A stretch of 64,000 bases of DNA, from the NCBI GenBank assembly GCA_965223505.1, contig CBDCWP010000031.1:1-64000 (forward strand), read 5' to 3'. The stretch's first letter is position 1. Each line of letters begins with the position of its first letter. This document shows, piece by piece, positions 27,187 to 37,346 of this stretch. The notes beneath the pieces are model-generated. The model did not search any database, had not been told where the DNA came from, and worked only from the letters and a program-made list of their open reading frames with translations. This DNA is from Planctomycetota bacterium. GTDB lineage: Bacteria > Planctomycetota > PLA2 > JAEUHO01. The position numbers and the translations under genes were made by a program.

Positions 27187-29598
27187 TCAGGCGTGCCCGG
27201 CGTCGTCGGCACCGGTCGCGGCGAGCGCTTCGCTCGTCGGCAGATCGCCCGCGAGGATCAGATCCACGAGCTGCAGCGCGACCGCCTTCGAGCGCGCGCC
27301 GACCTCCTGCTCGGGGCCGACGCAACCCGGACAGCCCGACGGGCACTGGCACACGGCCAGGCGCTCGCGCGCGCCGCGGATCAGATCGCCGACGAGCGGA
27401 TGCAGCGCCTCGGCCAGCCCGATGCCGCCCGAGTACTGGTCGTAGAGGAAGATCGACGGTTCGAACTCCTCGGGCGGCTGCTCGGCGGGCCGCCCCGGCC
27501 ACGAGGGCTGCGCGAACCAATTGCGCGTGCGGTCGCCGATGACGACGCCCATGTCGCGGCGGTCGCACATCAAGAGCATCGACGCCAGGCCGTGGCACAG
27601 GTTCGCGAGGCCGTGCAGCGCGTCGATCAGGTCGCTCTGCGGGACGTCGAGCGCCTCGATCAACGCGCGCGGCAACGTGATCCACGTGGACTGCGTGTGA
27701 TACACGTCCTCCGGTAGCAGGATGTCGCCCCAGCCCAGGTTCTCCTGCGTGTAGAACTTGATCTTCTTGTAGCCGATCGCCTTGCGGATGACCTCGACCT
27801 CGCCGTAGGCCGTGGGGGACGCGTTGACGTTGCCTTCGCGCAGCTCCTGCAGCACCTTGACCTTCGCGGAGCTCAGCGCGTCGGTGTAGTACTCCGAGTC
27901 CACCTTGCGCACGAACGCCTTGCGCCGGTCCCAGTCGAGCTTGTCCACGTGGTACTGCTCGGACTGCACCATGTAGATCGCGCCTTCGTGGATCGTCGTG
28001 AACGCCCACGTGTAGTCGACCTCGGCGATGACCTGGTTCTGCTTGCTCGTCGTATCTACGACGACGAAGTTGGTCGACGTGACGCTGCGCAGCGAGATGT
28101 CGTTGGCCGGGTAGGCGTCGAGACACCAGTGCCAGCGCCCGCCGGTGTGTCGCAGCACGCCGTGCTCTTCGAGGTACGCCTTGAGCTCGCTCTCCGTCTC
28201 GACGTCGTCGCCGAGCTTCTCGTCGTCCTCGATCGGCAGCTCGAACGCGGCGCACTTCAGATGGCTGACGAGGATCTGCAGGTTGTCCGCGTTGAGCTGT
28301 GCGCACTCGGGCGACGCGTCGAGCAGGAACTCGGGATGATCGGCGAGGTACTGATCGAGCGGCGAGGAGCGCAGCACGAGCACGGCGGCCGAGGCGCCCT
28401 GGCGCCGCCCGGCGCGGCCGGCCTGCTGGCGGGTGCTCGCGACGGTGCCCGGATAGCCGGCGATGACGCACGCGTCGAGCGAGCCGATGTCGATGCCGAG
28501 CTCGAGCGCGTTGGTCGAGACGACGCCGCGGATCGAGCCGTTGCGCAGCCCGCGCTCGATCGAGCGGCGCTGCCGGGGTAGGTAGCCGCCGCGGTAGCCG
28601 ACGACCTGCGGGCGGCGATCGACCTTCGAGCGGATCAGGTCCTTGAGGTACTTGGTCATCACCTCGGTGATCGTGCGCGCGCCGCAGAACACGATGGTGT
28701 GGACGCGCTCGCGCAGGAAGCGGCTTGCGACCTCGCGCGCCAGCGACAGGTACGACGCGCGCAGGCCGAGCGCCGGATTCATGATGGGCGGGTTGAGCAT
28801 CACGAAGTGCCGTTCGCCGAGCGGCGCGCCGTTCTCTTCGACGAGCTCGACGGGCGACTCGAGCAGGCGCGATGCGAACTCGCCGGCGTTGGCGATCGTC
28901 GCGCTGGCGGCGATGAACACCGGATCGGAGCCGTGAAAGCGGCAGACGCGCCTGAGCCGCCGTAGCACGTTGGCGAGGTGGCTGCCGAACACGCCCCGGT
29001 AGGTGTGGAGCTCGTCGATGACCACGTACTTCAGGTTCTCGAAGAGCCGCATCCACTTCGGGTGGTGGGGGAGGATGGCGGTGTGCAGCATGTCCGGGTT
29101 GGACATGACGACGTGGGCGCGGTCGCGCACGACACGGCGCTCGGCCGGCGGCGTGTCGCCGTCGTAGACCGACGTGCCGAGCTTCGGGTCCTTGCCGGTG
29201 TCCAGCGACGACATGAGCTCGAGCAGCTCGGCGGACTGGTCGCGGGAGAGCGCCTTGGTCGGGAAGAGGTACAGGGCGCGCGCGCCGGGGTCGGCGAGCA
29301 TGGCGTTCACGACGGGCAGGTTGTAGCAGAGCGTCTTGCCGCTGGCGGTGGGGGTGACGACGACGGTGTGCTTGCCCGCGCGTACGTGGTCGTAGGCGGC
29401 CCGCTGGTGGGTGTAGAGCTTGCGGATGTCGCGCCGGGCCAGGGCCTCGGGCAGGCGCGGATCCAGGTCGTCCGGGAGGTCGGCGAACCTGGCGGGCTGC
29501 GCCGGGTTGACGCGGTGGGCGACGACCTCCGCGCGCAGGGACCGGCTGCCGACGAGTCGTCCGAGGACCTGGCGTACGTCTCCCGTCGGCTTGCCCAC
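27187..29598 (-). CDS. mrfA: DEAD/DEAH helicase with DUF1998 zinc domain, YprA/MrfA (Hrq1-like)
   Basis: TPTASGKT, DELH, SATIAN, TNALELGIDIG, QQAGRAGR, LYDQYSGGIG, CQCPSGCPGC. GTG 29598 follows GGAGG. Confidence 0.9.
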   Translation of the reverse strand: MGKPTGDVRQVLGRLVGSRSLRAEVVAHRVNPAQPARFADLPDDLDPRLPEALARRDIRKLYTHQRAAYDHVRAGKHTVVVTPTASGKTLCYNLPVVNAMLADPGARALYLFPTKALSRDQSAELLELMSSLDTGKDPKLGTSVYDGDTPPAERRVVRDRAHVVMSNPDMLHTAILPHHPKWMRLFENLKYVVIDELHTYRGVFGSHLANVLRRLRRVCRFHGSDPVFIAASATIANAGEFASRLLESPVELVEENGAPLGERHFVMLNPPIMNPALGLRASYLSLAREVASRFLRERVHTIVFCGARTITEVMTKYLKDLIRSKVDRRPQVVGYRGGYLPRQRRSIERGLRNGSIRGVVSTNALELGIDIGSLDACVIAGYPGTVASTRQQAGRAGRRQGASAAVLVLRSSPLDQYLADHPEFLLDASPECAQLNADNLQILVSHLKCAAFELPIEDDEKLGDDVETESELKAYLEEHGVLRHTGGRWHWCLDAYPANDISLRSVTSTNFVVVDTTSKQNQVIAEVDYTWAFTTIHEGAIYMVQSEQYHVDKLDWDRRKAFVRKVDSEYYTDALSSAKVKVLQELREGNVNASPTAYGEVEVIRKAIGYKKIKFYTQENLGWGDILLPEDVYHTQSTWITLPRALIEALDVPQSDLIDALHGLANLCHGLASMLLMCDRRDMGVVIGDRTRNWFAQPSWPGRPAEQPPEEFEPSIFLYDQYSGGIGLAEALHPLVGDLIRGARERLAVCQCPSGCPGCVGPEQEVGARSKAVALQLVDLILAGDLPTSEALAATGADDAGHA

Positions 29599-29728
29599 GC
29601 GGCGTGCCTCCCGTGCTGATGCGGTGTCAAGTGCCGCTCCATCGTATGAATTGGGGCCGACACGCCTGCTGGACGGCGGTCCGGGCCGCCGATGTGGTAG
29701 AAGCGTACGCCCCTGGTTGGAGACCCCG

Positions 29729-30553
29729 ATGCCCCGCCGACGCACGCGCAGACCGACCGAGCCGGTCACCTTGTCGCCGGACGAGGTGGAGAAGATGCGT
29801 GTCGTGGGCCGGTTCGCGTCCAGCATCCTCGACCGCGTGGAGACCATGATCGAGCCCGGGCTGAGCACGGAGGACATCGACCGGGTGGTGGACGAGATGA
29901 CGCGGGATCGCGGTGCGATCAGCGCCCCGTTCGGCTACCCCGCCGGCAGCTCGCATCCGTTCCCGAAGCACTGCTGCACGTCGGTGAACAACGTGGTGTG
30001 TCACGGGATTCCGAGCGCGAACCACGTCCTGCGCGACGGCGACATCATCAATGTGGACGTGACGCCGATCATCGACGGGTATCACGGCGACACGTCGCGG
30101 ACGTTCCTCGTCGGCAACGTCGACCCGGAGGCGCGCCGCCTCGTGGAAGACACGTACGAGGCGATGCGCCGCGGCATCGCGGTCGTGCGTCCCGGTGGGC
30201 ACGTGGGCGACATCGGCAACGCTATCCAGGAGTGGGCGGACGAGCGCGGTCACGGCGTGGTGACGGAGTTCGCGGGCCACGGCATCGGCCGGATCTTCCA
30301 CGGGCCGCCCACGATCAATCACGGGCGCCAGAGCCGTCCGGGCTACGCGTTCGTGCCGGGCATGACGTTCACGGTCGAACCGATGCTGAACGCCGGGCGT
30401 TGGAAGTGCCTGGTGCTCTCGGATCGGTGGACGGCCGTGACGCAGGACGGTTCGTTGTCGGCGCAGTTCGAGCACACGGTGACGGTGACGGAGACCGGCG
30501 TCGAGGTGCTCACGCTCGGCGAGGACAAGACGATCGACTTGACGCCGGCGTAG
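29729..30553 (+). CDS. map: Methionine aminopeptidase type I
   Basis: CTSVNNVVCHGIP, DIINVDVT, YHGDTSRTF, GHGIG..FH, TVEPM, SAQFEHT. Confidence 0.96.
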   Translation: MPRRRTRRPTEPVTLSPDEVEKMRVVGRFASSILDRVETMIEPGLSTEDIDRVVDEMTRDRGAISAPFGYPAGSSHPFPKHCCTSVNNVVCHGIPSANHVLRDGDIINVDVTPIIDGYHGDTSRTFLVGNVDPEARRLVEDTYEAMRRGIAVVRPGGHVGDIGNAIQEWADERGHGVVTEFAGHGIGRIFHGPPTINHGRQSRPGYAFVPGMTFTVEPMLNAGRWKCLVLSDRWTAVTQDGSLSAQFEHTVTVTETGVEVLTLGEDKTIDLTPA

Positions 30554-30573
30554 CGCTCCCGCTCGGACGTCGC

Positions 30574-31632
30574 TCAACGCCAATCGGGCTCGATGTGCAC
30601 GTCGAACTGTCCGGGAATCTCCGTCGGGGTCGAACCGTCGGCATTCATCACGAAGATCTTCTCGTTGGACTCGGCGGCGCCCTCGGGGACGCGCGTGAAC
30701 GCGATCCGCATGCCGTCGGGCGACCACGTGGGCTCGTCGTCGGGCCCGTAGTTGCCCGAGGTGAGGCGCGTGGGATTCATCCCGTCGGCGTCCATGCGCC
30801 AGATGCGAGAGAAGCCGAACTCGTCGTCCTGCGGGCTCGAGTAGAGGATGCCGTTCGGTCCCCAGTCCGGGTTGAGCTCCTCGGTCAGCGGGGTGTTGGT
30901 GAGCTGCAAGAGGATCGTGCCGTCGGGCATCATGGTGTACAACTCGCCGTTGCGAACGAAGACGATCTGCATACCGCTGGGCGACCAACAGGGATGCCGG
31001 TCCAGCCCGTCGGACGTCAAGTCCGTCACGACGCCCGTCGCAACGGTCACGCGCCGGATGCCCGTGCCGACGTGCCAGAAGACGATGTCCTCACCGTCCG
31101 GCGACCAACAGAGGTCACGAAGCGTGGCCGTCGCGCCGAGGCTCGCGATCGTCTGGAGGTCGTCGCCCAGCCGCGTCATGGAGCGAATCCGTCCGTTCTC
31201 GACGAAGGCGACGCGCGTTCCGTCCGGCGACCAGGTCGGCGCACGATTGAGCTCGAAGTTGTCCGTCAGCATGGTTTGAGCGCCGGCCGGACTGTCGGGG
31301 TCGAGCGTCACGATGTCGTACCCCTCGCCGTCGGCGTGGACGTACGTGCAGACGATGAGCCCCTCGCCCTCAGGCTCGCCGAGCACGCACACCGGCACGG
31401 TGAACTCGCAGAACTTGGTGCCCACATCCCGGACGCGAATGCGCGCATGGTGGATCCCCCGATCGTGATACGTGAACGACCGCGCGTGGCTGCAGCGGCC
31501 TTCACAGGGCACGATTCCCGTCGAGGCGTCCAGGATCCCATCGTCATCGAAATCCCACTCGATGCGGATCGGGAACTCGCTGCTGACCGTCACTTCGAGC
31601 GCCACGCTCTGGCCGGACTCCGCGTATTTCAT
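30574..31632 (-). CDS. PKD-like domain plus TolB-like (PD40 repeat) beta-propeller protein; possibly the frameshifted 3' part of the upstream lipoprotein
   Basis: EWDFDDDG and HARIRVRD (PKD-like), repeated PTWSPDG/WSPSG/PDWGP, no signal peptide. ATG 31632 overlaps the upstream TGA. Confidence 0.8.
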   Translation of the reverse strand: MKYAESGQSVALEVTVSSEFPIRIEWDFDDDGILDASTGIVPCEGRCSHARSFTYHDRGIHHARIRVRDVGTKFCEFTVPVCVLGEPEGEGLIVCTYVHADGEGYDIVTLDPDSPAGAQTMLTDNFELNRAPTWSPDGTRVAFVENGRIRSMTRLGDDLQTIASLGATATLRDLCWSPDGEDIVFWHVGTGIRRVTVATGVVTDLTSDGLDRHPCWSPSGMQIVFVRNGELYTMMPDGTILLQLTNTPLTEELNPDWGPNGILYSSPQDDEFGFSRIWRMDADGMNPTRLTSGNYGPDDEPTWSPDGMRIAFTRVPEGAAESNEKIFVMNADGSTPTEIPGQFDVHIEPDWR

Positions 31633-33104
31633 CTCGGAGAGCGCGACGCTCCGCCCCCGACCACTGCGGGCGCATCGGGACCGCTGAAGAGCCACTCACT
31701 TAGCGCGTACGGAGAACCGCTGACGCATTGCTCGTGCTGTAGAACCACCGCGGCCATCCCGTCATGCGCGACGGCGAGGTCCCAGCACTCCGGGAAGTAG
31801 GTACCACGATTCTTGCGAACGGAGCCGTCGTCGAGAATCCACACATTGGTGTCTCCTGAACGGAGGCGTGAGACCAGACGCTGTCTCGACACACAGAGCC
31901 ACCATGCGTTGCCCGCAGCGTCCATTCCCACTCTTGCGCCATGGGCGAAACAAGGTGATGGCTCAACAGCGACCATGGACTCGTCAGGGCCGCTCCAGTA
32001 GTTGGCAATCCCCCGGGACCATGCCTGTGCTCCTCCTCCGGCGACGGCATCACGTACCCCGTCGAGCCTCCGATCCTCATCCGGCAGAGCGGCGAAGTCA
32101 GCGGTGGCCCATGGCCAGCGTGCTCGCTCGGGTCCCCGAGCGCCTTCGAAGTACACGTGCGGGGTTCCGAGATCGTCGAACAGTGCTGCGACATTCACGA
32201 AGTGCACGAGGCCCCTGTCGCCGAGAACCGTCGAATCGTGAGGCGCGACAAAGGTGCTGCTGATCTTGAACTCGTGGACGGAGATCTCCTCATCGGCAAC
32301 GGCTACCACCGCACGGTCGGGGGCGCTGACGGCTACATCGAAGCCACCGCGAACGTACTGTCCGTATTCCGCAAACACCTGGGGCTGATGCCAATAGAAC
32401 TTGCGGGTTGCCGGATCGAACCACCGAAAGCGAACCCGACGTTCGGCTGCGAGCTGCTCGTCCGGCCGTTGATCCCATACAACCGCCGCCAATCCGGAAC
32501 TCGCGAGATCGACGGCGACGCGCACGTCCAGGGTGGCGTTGAGCTCTTGCTCGACGACGTGGACGCGTTCTACGAGGTGCTCCCCCAGGATCAATCGCCC
32601 GCCTGCGAACGGACCGCCGTCGGATGCGCCGTCCCACCCGCCGTCGACGTAGTCGTACACGCCGAGAAACTCAACGTGGTCCGAGGGCAAAGAGGACAGG
32701 TTGTCTTCGAGCCGGACCACCAACACGCCCGTAACCTCGGTGTCATTCCCGGCCATGACGAGATCCTCTAGCCGAACGATCGAAAGCGGGTCGCTCTCCT
32801 CCTTTCGACGGATCGGGCTCTGGTCGATCAGTACGGGCTCCGACCAGGTTTCGAGGTCCCTCCGATAGATCTTGTGCCAGACACTGCTGGTCTTGTCTTC
32901 GAAGGTCATCCAGACCGCGTGAAAGTTGCCGTCGCCGTCGGCGGCAACATGAGGCGAGGTAGGGCAGGATGGAAAGAAGTTGAAATTCTCCTCGCTAGGG
33001 GGGGGATCGGGGGGAACCGTACCGCACGCCAGGATCGCCGCGATCCCGAGGACATGGACCGCCGCCAACAGAAGCGATCGAGCTGAGCTGACATGCATCG
33101 TCAT
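31629..33104 (-). CDS. Putative lipoprotein with beta-propeller-like repeats
   Basis: ATG 33104 (ATGA overlap), lipobox ILACG, and repeats such as PHVAADGDGNFHAVW, VAVDLASSGLAAVVW and VGMDAAGNAWW. Confidence 0.65.
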   Translation of the reverse strand: MTMHVSSARSLLLAAVHVLGIAAILACGTVPPDPPPSEENFNFFPSCPTSPHVAADGDGNFHAVWMTFEDKTSSVWHKIYRRDLETWSEPVLIDQSPIRRKEESDPLSIVRLEDLVMAGNDTEVTGVLVVRLEDNLSSLPSDHVEFLGVYDYVDGGWDGASDGGPFAGGRLILGEHLVERVHVVEQELNATLDVRVAVDLASSGLAAVVWDQRPDEQLAAERRVRFRWFDPATRKFYWHQPQVFAEYGQYVRGGFDVAVSAPDRAVVAVADEEISVHEFKISSTFVAPHDSTVLGDRGLVHFVNVAALFDDLGTPHVYFEGARGPERARWPWATADFAALPDEDRRLDGVRDAVAGGGAQAWSRGIANYWSGPDESMVAVEPSPCFAHGARVGMDAAGNAWWLCVSRQRLVSRLRSGDTNVWILDDGSVRKNRGTYFPECWDLAVAHDGMAAVVLQHEQCVSGSPYALSEWLFSGPDAPAVVGGGASRSPR

Positions 33105-33613
33105 GGAGATCTCCGAATCACGAACCATGCGACGGCGGCGCCCAGGCACGCCGCGATCGCGTCGAGGGCATCGAACGAACCCCGCTCGAAGAAGGCCGCC
33201 CAGAAGCCGGGCGACGTGCCTGGCGTCGCTCTTGCGACCGGCACGGTTTCCCGCAGCTGACCGAGCTCGAAGCCGACCTCGATGAGCAGCCAGATGCCGC
33301 AGAGGACGAGCGCGCCTCGCGGCGCCGGCTGCGCCACGGCCACCGACATCAGGCAGAACGCCAGCGTGTGGAAGAACGTCGGCATCGGACCCAGCAGCGC
33401 CGCGACCTGCGCACAGGGCCGCACATCGAGGTCGAACGCTTCGGGCAAGAGCGCCAGGCTCCCCGCCGGACGACCCACTGCGTAGACGAGCACGCCGGCG
33501 ATTAGCGTCGCCAAACCCCATGCGAACAGCCGCCAATCGACCAACTCGCCGAGGGCGCCCCGCGGGCGCAGCGGGCGCTTCTCCGCCCGCAACGGATTGC
33601 CTACACTGGACAC
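33101..33613 (-). CDS. Small integral membrane protein (about 4 TM); start uncertain
   Basis: Hydrophobic segments; PTFFHTLAF, FELGQ and GSFDALDAIA, a loosely VanZ-like pattern. Confidence 0.65.
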   Translation of the reverse strand: MSSVGNPLRAEKRPLRPRGALGELVDWRLFAWGLATLIAGVLVYAVGRPAGSLALLPEAFDLDVRPCAQVAALLGPMPTFFHTLAFCLMSVAVAQPAPRGALVLCGIWLLIEVGFELGQLRETVPVARATPGTSPGFWAAFFERGSFDALDAIAACLGAAVAWFVIRRSP

Positions 33614-33630
33614 ACTGTCGAGTACGCAAA

Positions 33631-34224
33631 GTGAACGTCGAACGTGCCAACCTGCCGGAGATCGACCCCGCCCCAGGTGAGGTTACGGAAATCCTCGCCG
33701 CCGCTCGGCGCGGCGAGGCCGGCGCGAGCGACCAGCTCTACGAGGCGGTCTACGCGAAGCTGCGCCGCATGGCCAGGGGGATCATGCGGGGGCATCGCGC
33801 CGGCCCGACGATGCAGCCGACGGCATTGGTGCACGAGGCCTACTTGCGCCTGATGGGAACGGATGCGAACGGCTGGCAGGACCGCCGACACTTCTTCGGA
33901 TGCGCCGCGAGTGCCATGCGTTCGATTCTCGTGGACGCCGCGCGTGCCCGCGGCGCGCTCAAGCGCGGCGGTGATCGAGGCCGCATCGCATTGCGGGACG
34001 ACCTCGACAACGAGGTCTACGATCCCGACACGATCCTCTCGATTCACGAAGCACTCGAGAAACTCGACGTCCACGAGTCCGACGCGGCGCGTATCGTCGA
34101 GCTGCGGTTCTTCGCCGGGTTGGGCATCGATGAGACGGCCGAGGTGCTCGGCGTGTCCCGGCGAACCGCCTACCGCCGCTGGGACTACGCCCGGCTCTGG
34201 CTCTATCGCGAGATCGCCGTTTGA
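33631..34224 (+). CDS. ECF sigma factor, planctomycete-type (TIGR02999-like)
   Basis: VYAKLRRMA, TMQPTALVHEAYLRL, AMRSILVDAAR...KRGG, IVELRFFAGL, ARLWL. Confidence 0.92.
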   Translation: MNVERANLPEIDPAPGEVTEILAAARRGEAGASDQLYEAVYAKLRRMARGIMRGHRAGPTMQPTALVHEAYLRLMGTDANGWQDRRHFFGCAASAMRSILVDAARARGALKRGGDRGRIALRDDLDNEVYDPDTILSIHEALEKLDVHESDAARIVELRFFAGLGIDETAEVLGVSRRTAYRRWDYARLWLYREIAV

Positions 34225-37200
34225 GCGGCGCGCCGTCCCGGCGCGTGTACGACCTACTCGCGGAGGCCCGCGCGAAGGACGGTCCCGCGCGCGACGCGTT
34301 CCTCGACGACGTGTGCGCAGGGAACGACGCGTTGCGAACCGAGATCGACGCACTGCTCGCCGTCGCCGAAGAGACCGGTCACCGTTTCCTCGAACGTCCG
34401 GCGATGGAGAGCCTCCAGGCATGGGAGGAAGAAAAGCCGCCCTTGGAGCCCGGCGCGCGCGTCGGGCCGTACCAGATCGAGCGCCTGCTGGGGCACGGCG
34501 GCGACGGTGTGGTCTACCAAGCACGCCAGAGACGGCCGCGCCGTCGGGTCGCGCTCAAGATCCCGCGCGCTCGGTTGGTCTCGGAGTCGACGCTTAGGCG
34601 CTTCGAAGCCGAGACCGATCACCTCGGCCGACTGCACCATCCCGGTATCGCCCAGATCTACGACGTGGGCGTGCACGAGGGCGAGGCGTACTTCGCGCTG
34701 GAGCTGATCGAAGACGCGCGCACGATCACGGCGTACGTCGAAGAACGCGACGCACCCGTTGCGGAGCGGATCGAGCTCGTGGCGCAGGTGTGTGACGCAC
34801 TTCAGCACGCCCACGAACGAGGTCTGCTGCATCGGGACATCAAGCCCGCCAACGTGTTGGTCACGCCAGAGGGTCGCCCGAAAGTCGTCGACTTCGGCAT
34901 CGCGGTCGTCCAGGACCTCGAGGACGAACCGGAGGCGGCGGCCGGAACGCGTCCCTACATGAGTCCGGAGCAGCTCAATCCGTCGCTCGACGTGCGCACC
35001 GACGTGTTCGGACTCGGCGTGTTGCTCTACGAAGTGCTCACGGGGCGGCTCCCGCCTCGCGAAGGGATGGGAACCGATCGAAACCCGGCGTTGGATGCGC
35101 TGCCGCGCCGCTGGCGGGGCGACCTGAGCGCCATCGTCGGCAAGGCGCTCCGTCGCGATCGCGAGCGCCGGTACGCGAGCGCCGCCGACCTGGCCGCAGA
35201 TCTCCGGCGTTGCGTTCGGTCGGAGCCGGTCATGGCCCGTGATAACGGGATCGCATCTCGCGTGGTTTGTGCCGTGCGAAGGTACCGGACCGCGTGTGTC
35301 GCCGGGAGCGTCGTTCTGCTCGCGGTGTTGGCGGCGACGGCGTATGGCCTGGTTGCTGCCGCCCGGATCGACGACTTCCATCGCGTCAGGCAGCGGGTAC
35401 GGAGCGAAGCGCGCTGGGTCGCATACCGCACGGCAATCGCGACGGCGCAAGCTGCACTTCTCAACCACCGCCGCGGCGACGCCGTGTGCGCGTTGGAGAG
35501 TGCCCCTACGGAGCACCGTTCTTGGGAATGGCGGTACCTTTGGCGCAAGGCGGGACAGCACACGCGCGTGTTGCGACCCGAGGGCTACACGCTGAGAGCA
35601 GGTGTCGTCAGCGACAGCGGTCGTCTAGCGGCTGCGGAGGCTCGTGGTTCGTCGGCGAACACGGTGCGCATTGCCATCTACGACCTCGAGTCGGCGTCAC
35701 TTCTGCACTTGATTCCGACGAAGGGGAAGGTCACGGCGCTCGTGTTCAGTCCAGACGAGACGGTTGTCTGGAGCGGCGACCGCAGTGGATGGCTGCAGGC
35801 GCACCGGGTCGAGAGCGGAAAACTCGTTGCCCGACGGCAGCTTCACCAGGACTCACTCAACGACATCGAAGTCGATTCGATCTCGGGCCGCATCCTTACG
35901 GCATCGAGCGACGGCACGATTGGCGTCTGGAGCCTCGATGCACTCGCCCCCCTGGGGCACCTGTCACGCGGAACGGATCGCGTCATCTGCTTGGACATGG
36001 CGCCAGACGGTCGCCTTGCAGCGGGGAGCCGTGACGGCGTGATCGACATTTGGGACCTCGAAGCGCGCGAGGTCGTCAAACGGTTGGAGGGGCATACCAG
36101 CAGCGTCGAGTCGGTTGCGTGGAGTCCCGACGGGCGGCGGCTCTCGAGCGGGTCGAGGGATAAGACGGTGCGCCTATGGGACGCAGAGACGGGAGCGGGA
36201 CTCTCCGTTCGGGATGATCACGGAGCAACGGTGCGCGTCGTTGCGTTTTCCCCCGACGGCGAGACGTTCGCCAGTGGCGGCTGGGATCGGACGATTCGTT
36301 TCTGGCGGACGAGCGACGGCCGCCTGATCGAGACTCATTCGGACTACCACACTCTCTTGATCAGCATGGCCTTTCTCGACTCCCAGGAGCTGCTGTCTTT
36401 CAACGGGGGGATGCGGCGGATCCGCGCTCCGCGAGCAGTGGACCCCTACAGCGCGCATGAAGACCTGGCCAGCCACCTCACATGGAGCCCGGATGGCCGA
36501 TTTCTGGCGACGGCCGCCATCGACGGCAGCGTCGCGATCTGGGACGTCGCAGCGGACGAGCGGGTCGCCGTCGTCGGCGGCGACCATCGCTGTGTGGGCC
36601 TGGGATTCAACACCCGGGGTGTCCTTCGTCTTGCACAAGACAGCTTCGTTCTCGAGTTCGATGGGACGATGAGAAAGCAGGGACAGCTTGACCCTTCGAA
36701 TCCGGGGGCGGCCTGGTTCGGCTCGGACACGATCGTTGCGTCGTACTATGCGGGCTTGGTCCGCACGTTCGACGCGGTCACACTCGAACGGCGGAGAACT
36801 TGGGTGCTACCGGGAACCAGGGCGCGAGTTCTCACCGTCGCGCCGGAGACGGATATCGTCGCGACCGGCCACGACGACGGAACCGTCTTTGTTTGGCGCC
36901 TCACGACAGGCGCGCGCTTGGCGCGATTCAACACGACCGGGTGGCGGGTATACGGACTCTCCATCTCCAGGGACGGTCGCTTGCTCGCAAGCGCATCTCG
37001 TGACGGCTGCTCTCTATTCAACGTTGGAGAGCTGAACGTGAGCCACGTCTTGGGGCGCAAGACGGACGGCTGGCAACACGACGTCGCGTTCAGCGGAGAC
37101 AGCCGAAGGATCGCCTCGGCCGGGGGCGATGGGATGATTCGCATCTGGGACGTCGCGACCGGCGACCTGGTCTTGGCGATTCGCGGTCACGTCGAGTACG

Positions 37201-37331
37201 GCATCCGTCAGCTCGAGTTTTCCCCCGACGGCAACACGCTGGCCTACGTCTGTGGATACAACGAGGTGAAGCAGCTCGTTCGATTCCTGCGGGCCGTGCC
37301 CGAGAGCGAGGCGGACGGGGCGGCAAAGTAG
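34221..37331 (+). CDS. Ser/Thr protein kinase with a hydrophobic helix and C-terminal WD40 repeats
   Basis: LGHGGDGVVY, VALK, HRDIKPANVL, DFG, GTRPYMSPEQ; many GH...WSPDG...WD repeats. Overlaps the ECF stop. Confidence 0.93.
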   Translation: MSGAPSRRVYDLLAEARAKDGPARDAFLDDVCAGNDALRTEIDALLAVAEETGHRFLERPAMESLQAWEEEKPPLEPGARVGPYQIERLLGHGGDGVVYQARQRRPRRRVALKIPRARLVSESTLRRFEAETDHLGRLHHPGIAQIYDVGVHEGEAYFALELIEDARTITAYVEERDAPVAERIELVAQVCDALQHAHERGLLHRDIKPANVLVTPEGRPKVVDFGIAVVQDLEDEPEAAAGTRPYMSPEQLNPSLDVRTDVFGLGVLLYEVLTGRLPPREGMGTDRNPALDALPRRWRGDLSAIVGKALRRDRERRYASAADLAADLRRCVRSEPVMARDNGIASRVVCAVRRYRTACVAGSVVLLAVLAATAYGLVAAARIDDFHRVRQRVRSEARWVAYRTAIATAQAALLNHRRGDAVCALESAPTEHRSWEWRYLWRKAGQHTRVLRPEGYTLRAGVVSDSGRLAAAEARGSSANTVRIAIYDLESASLLHLIPTKGKVTALVFSPDETVVWSGDRSGWLQAHRVESGKLVARRQLHQDSLNDIEVDSISGRILTASSDGTIGVWSLDALAPLGHLSRGTDRVICLDMAPDGRLAAGSRDGVIDIWDLEAREVVKRLEGHTSSVESVAWSPDGRRLSSGSRDKTVRLWDAETGAGLSVRDDHGATVRVVAFSPDGETFASGGWDRTIRFWRTSDGRLIETHSDYHTLLISMAFLDSQELLSFNGGMRRIRAPRAVDPYSAHEDLASHLTWSPDGRFLATAAIDGSVAIWDVAADERVAVVGGDHRCVGLGFNTRGVLRLAQDSFVLEFDGTMRKQGQLDPSNPGAAWFGSDTIVASYYAGLVRTFDAVTLERRRTWVLPGTRARVLTVAPETDIVATGHDDGTVFVWRLTTGARLARFNTTGWRVYGLSISRDGRLLASASRDGCSLFNVGELNVSHVLGRKTDGWQHDVAFSGDSRRIASAGGDGMIRIWDVATGDLVLAIRGHVEYGIRQLEFSPDGNTLAYVCGYNEVKQLVRFLRAVPESEADGAAK

Positions 37332-37346
37332 TGCCCCCGAGACCGC

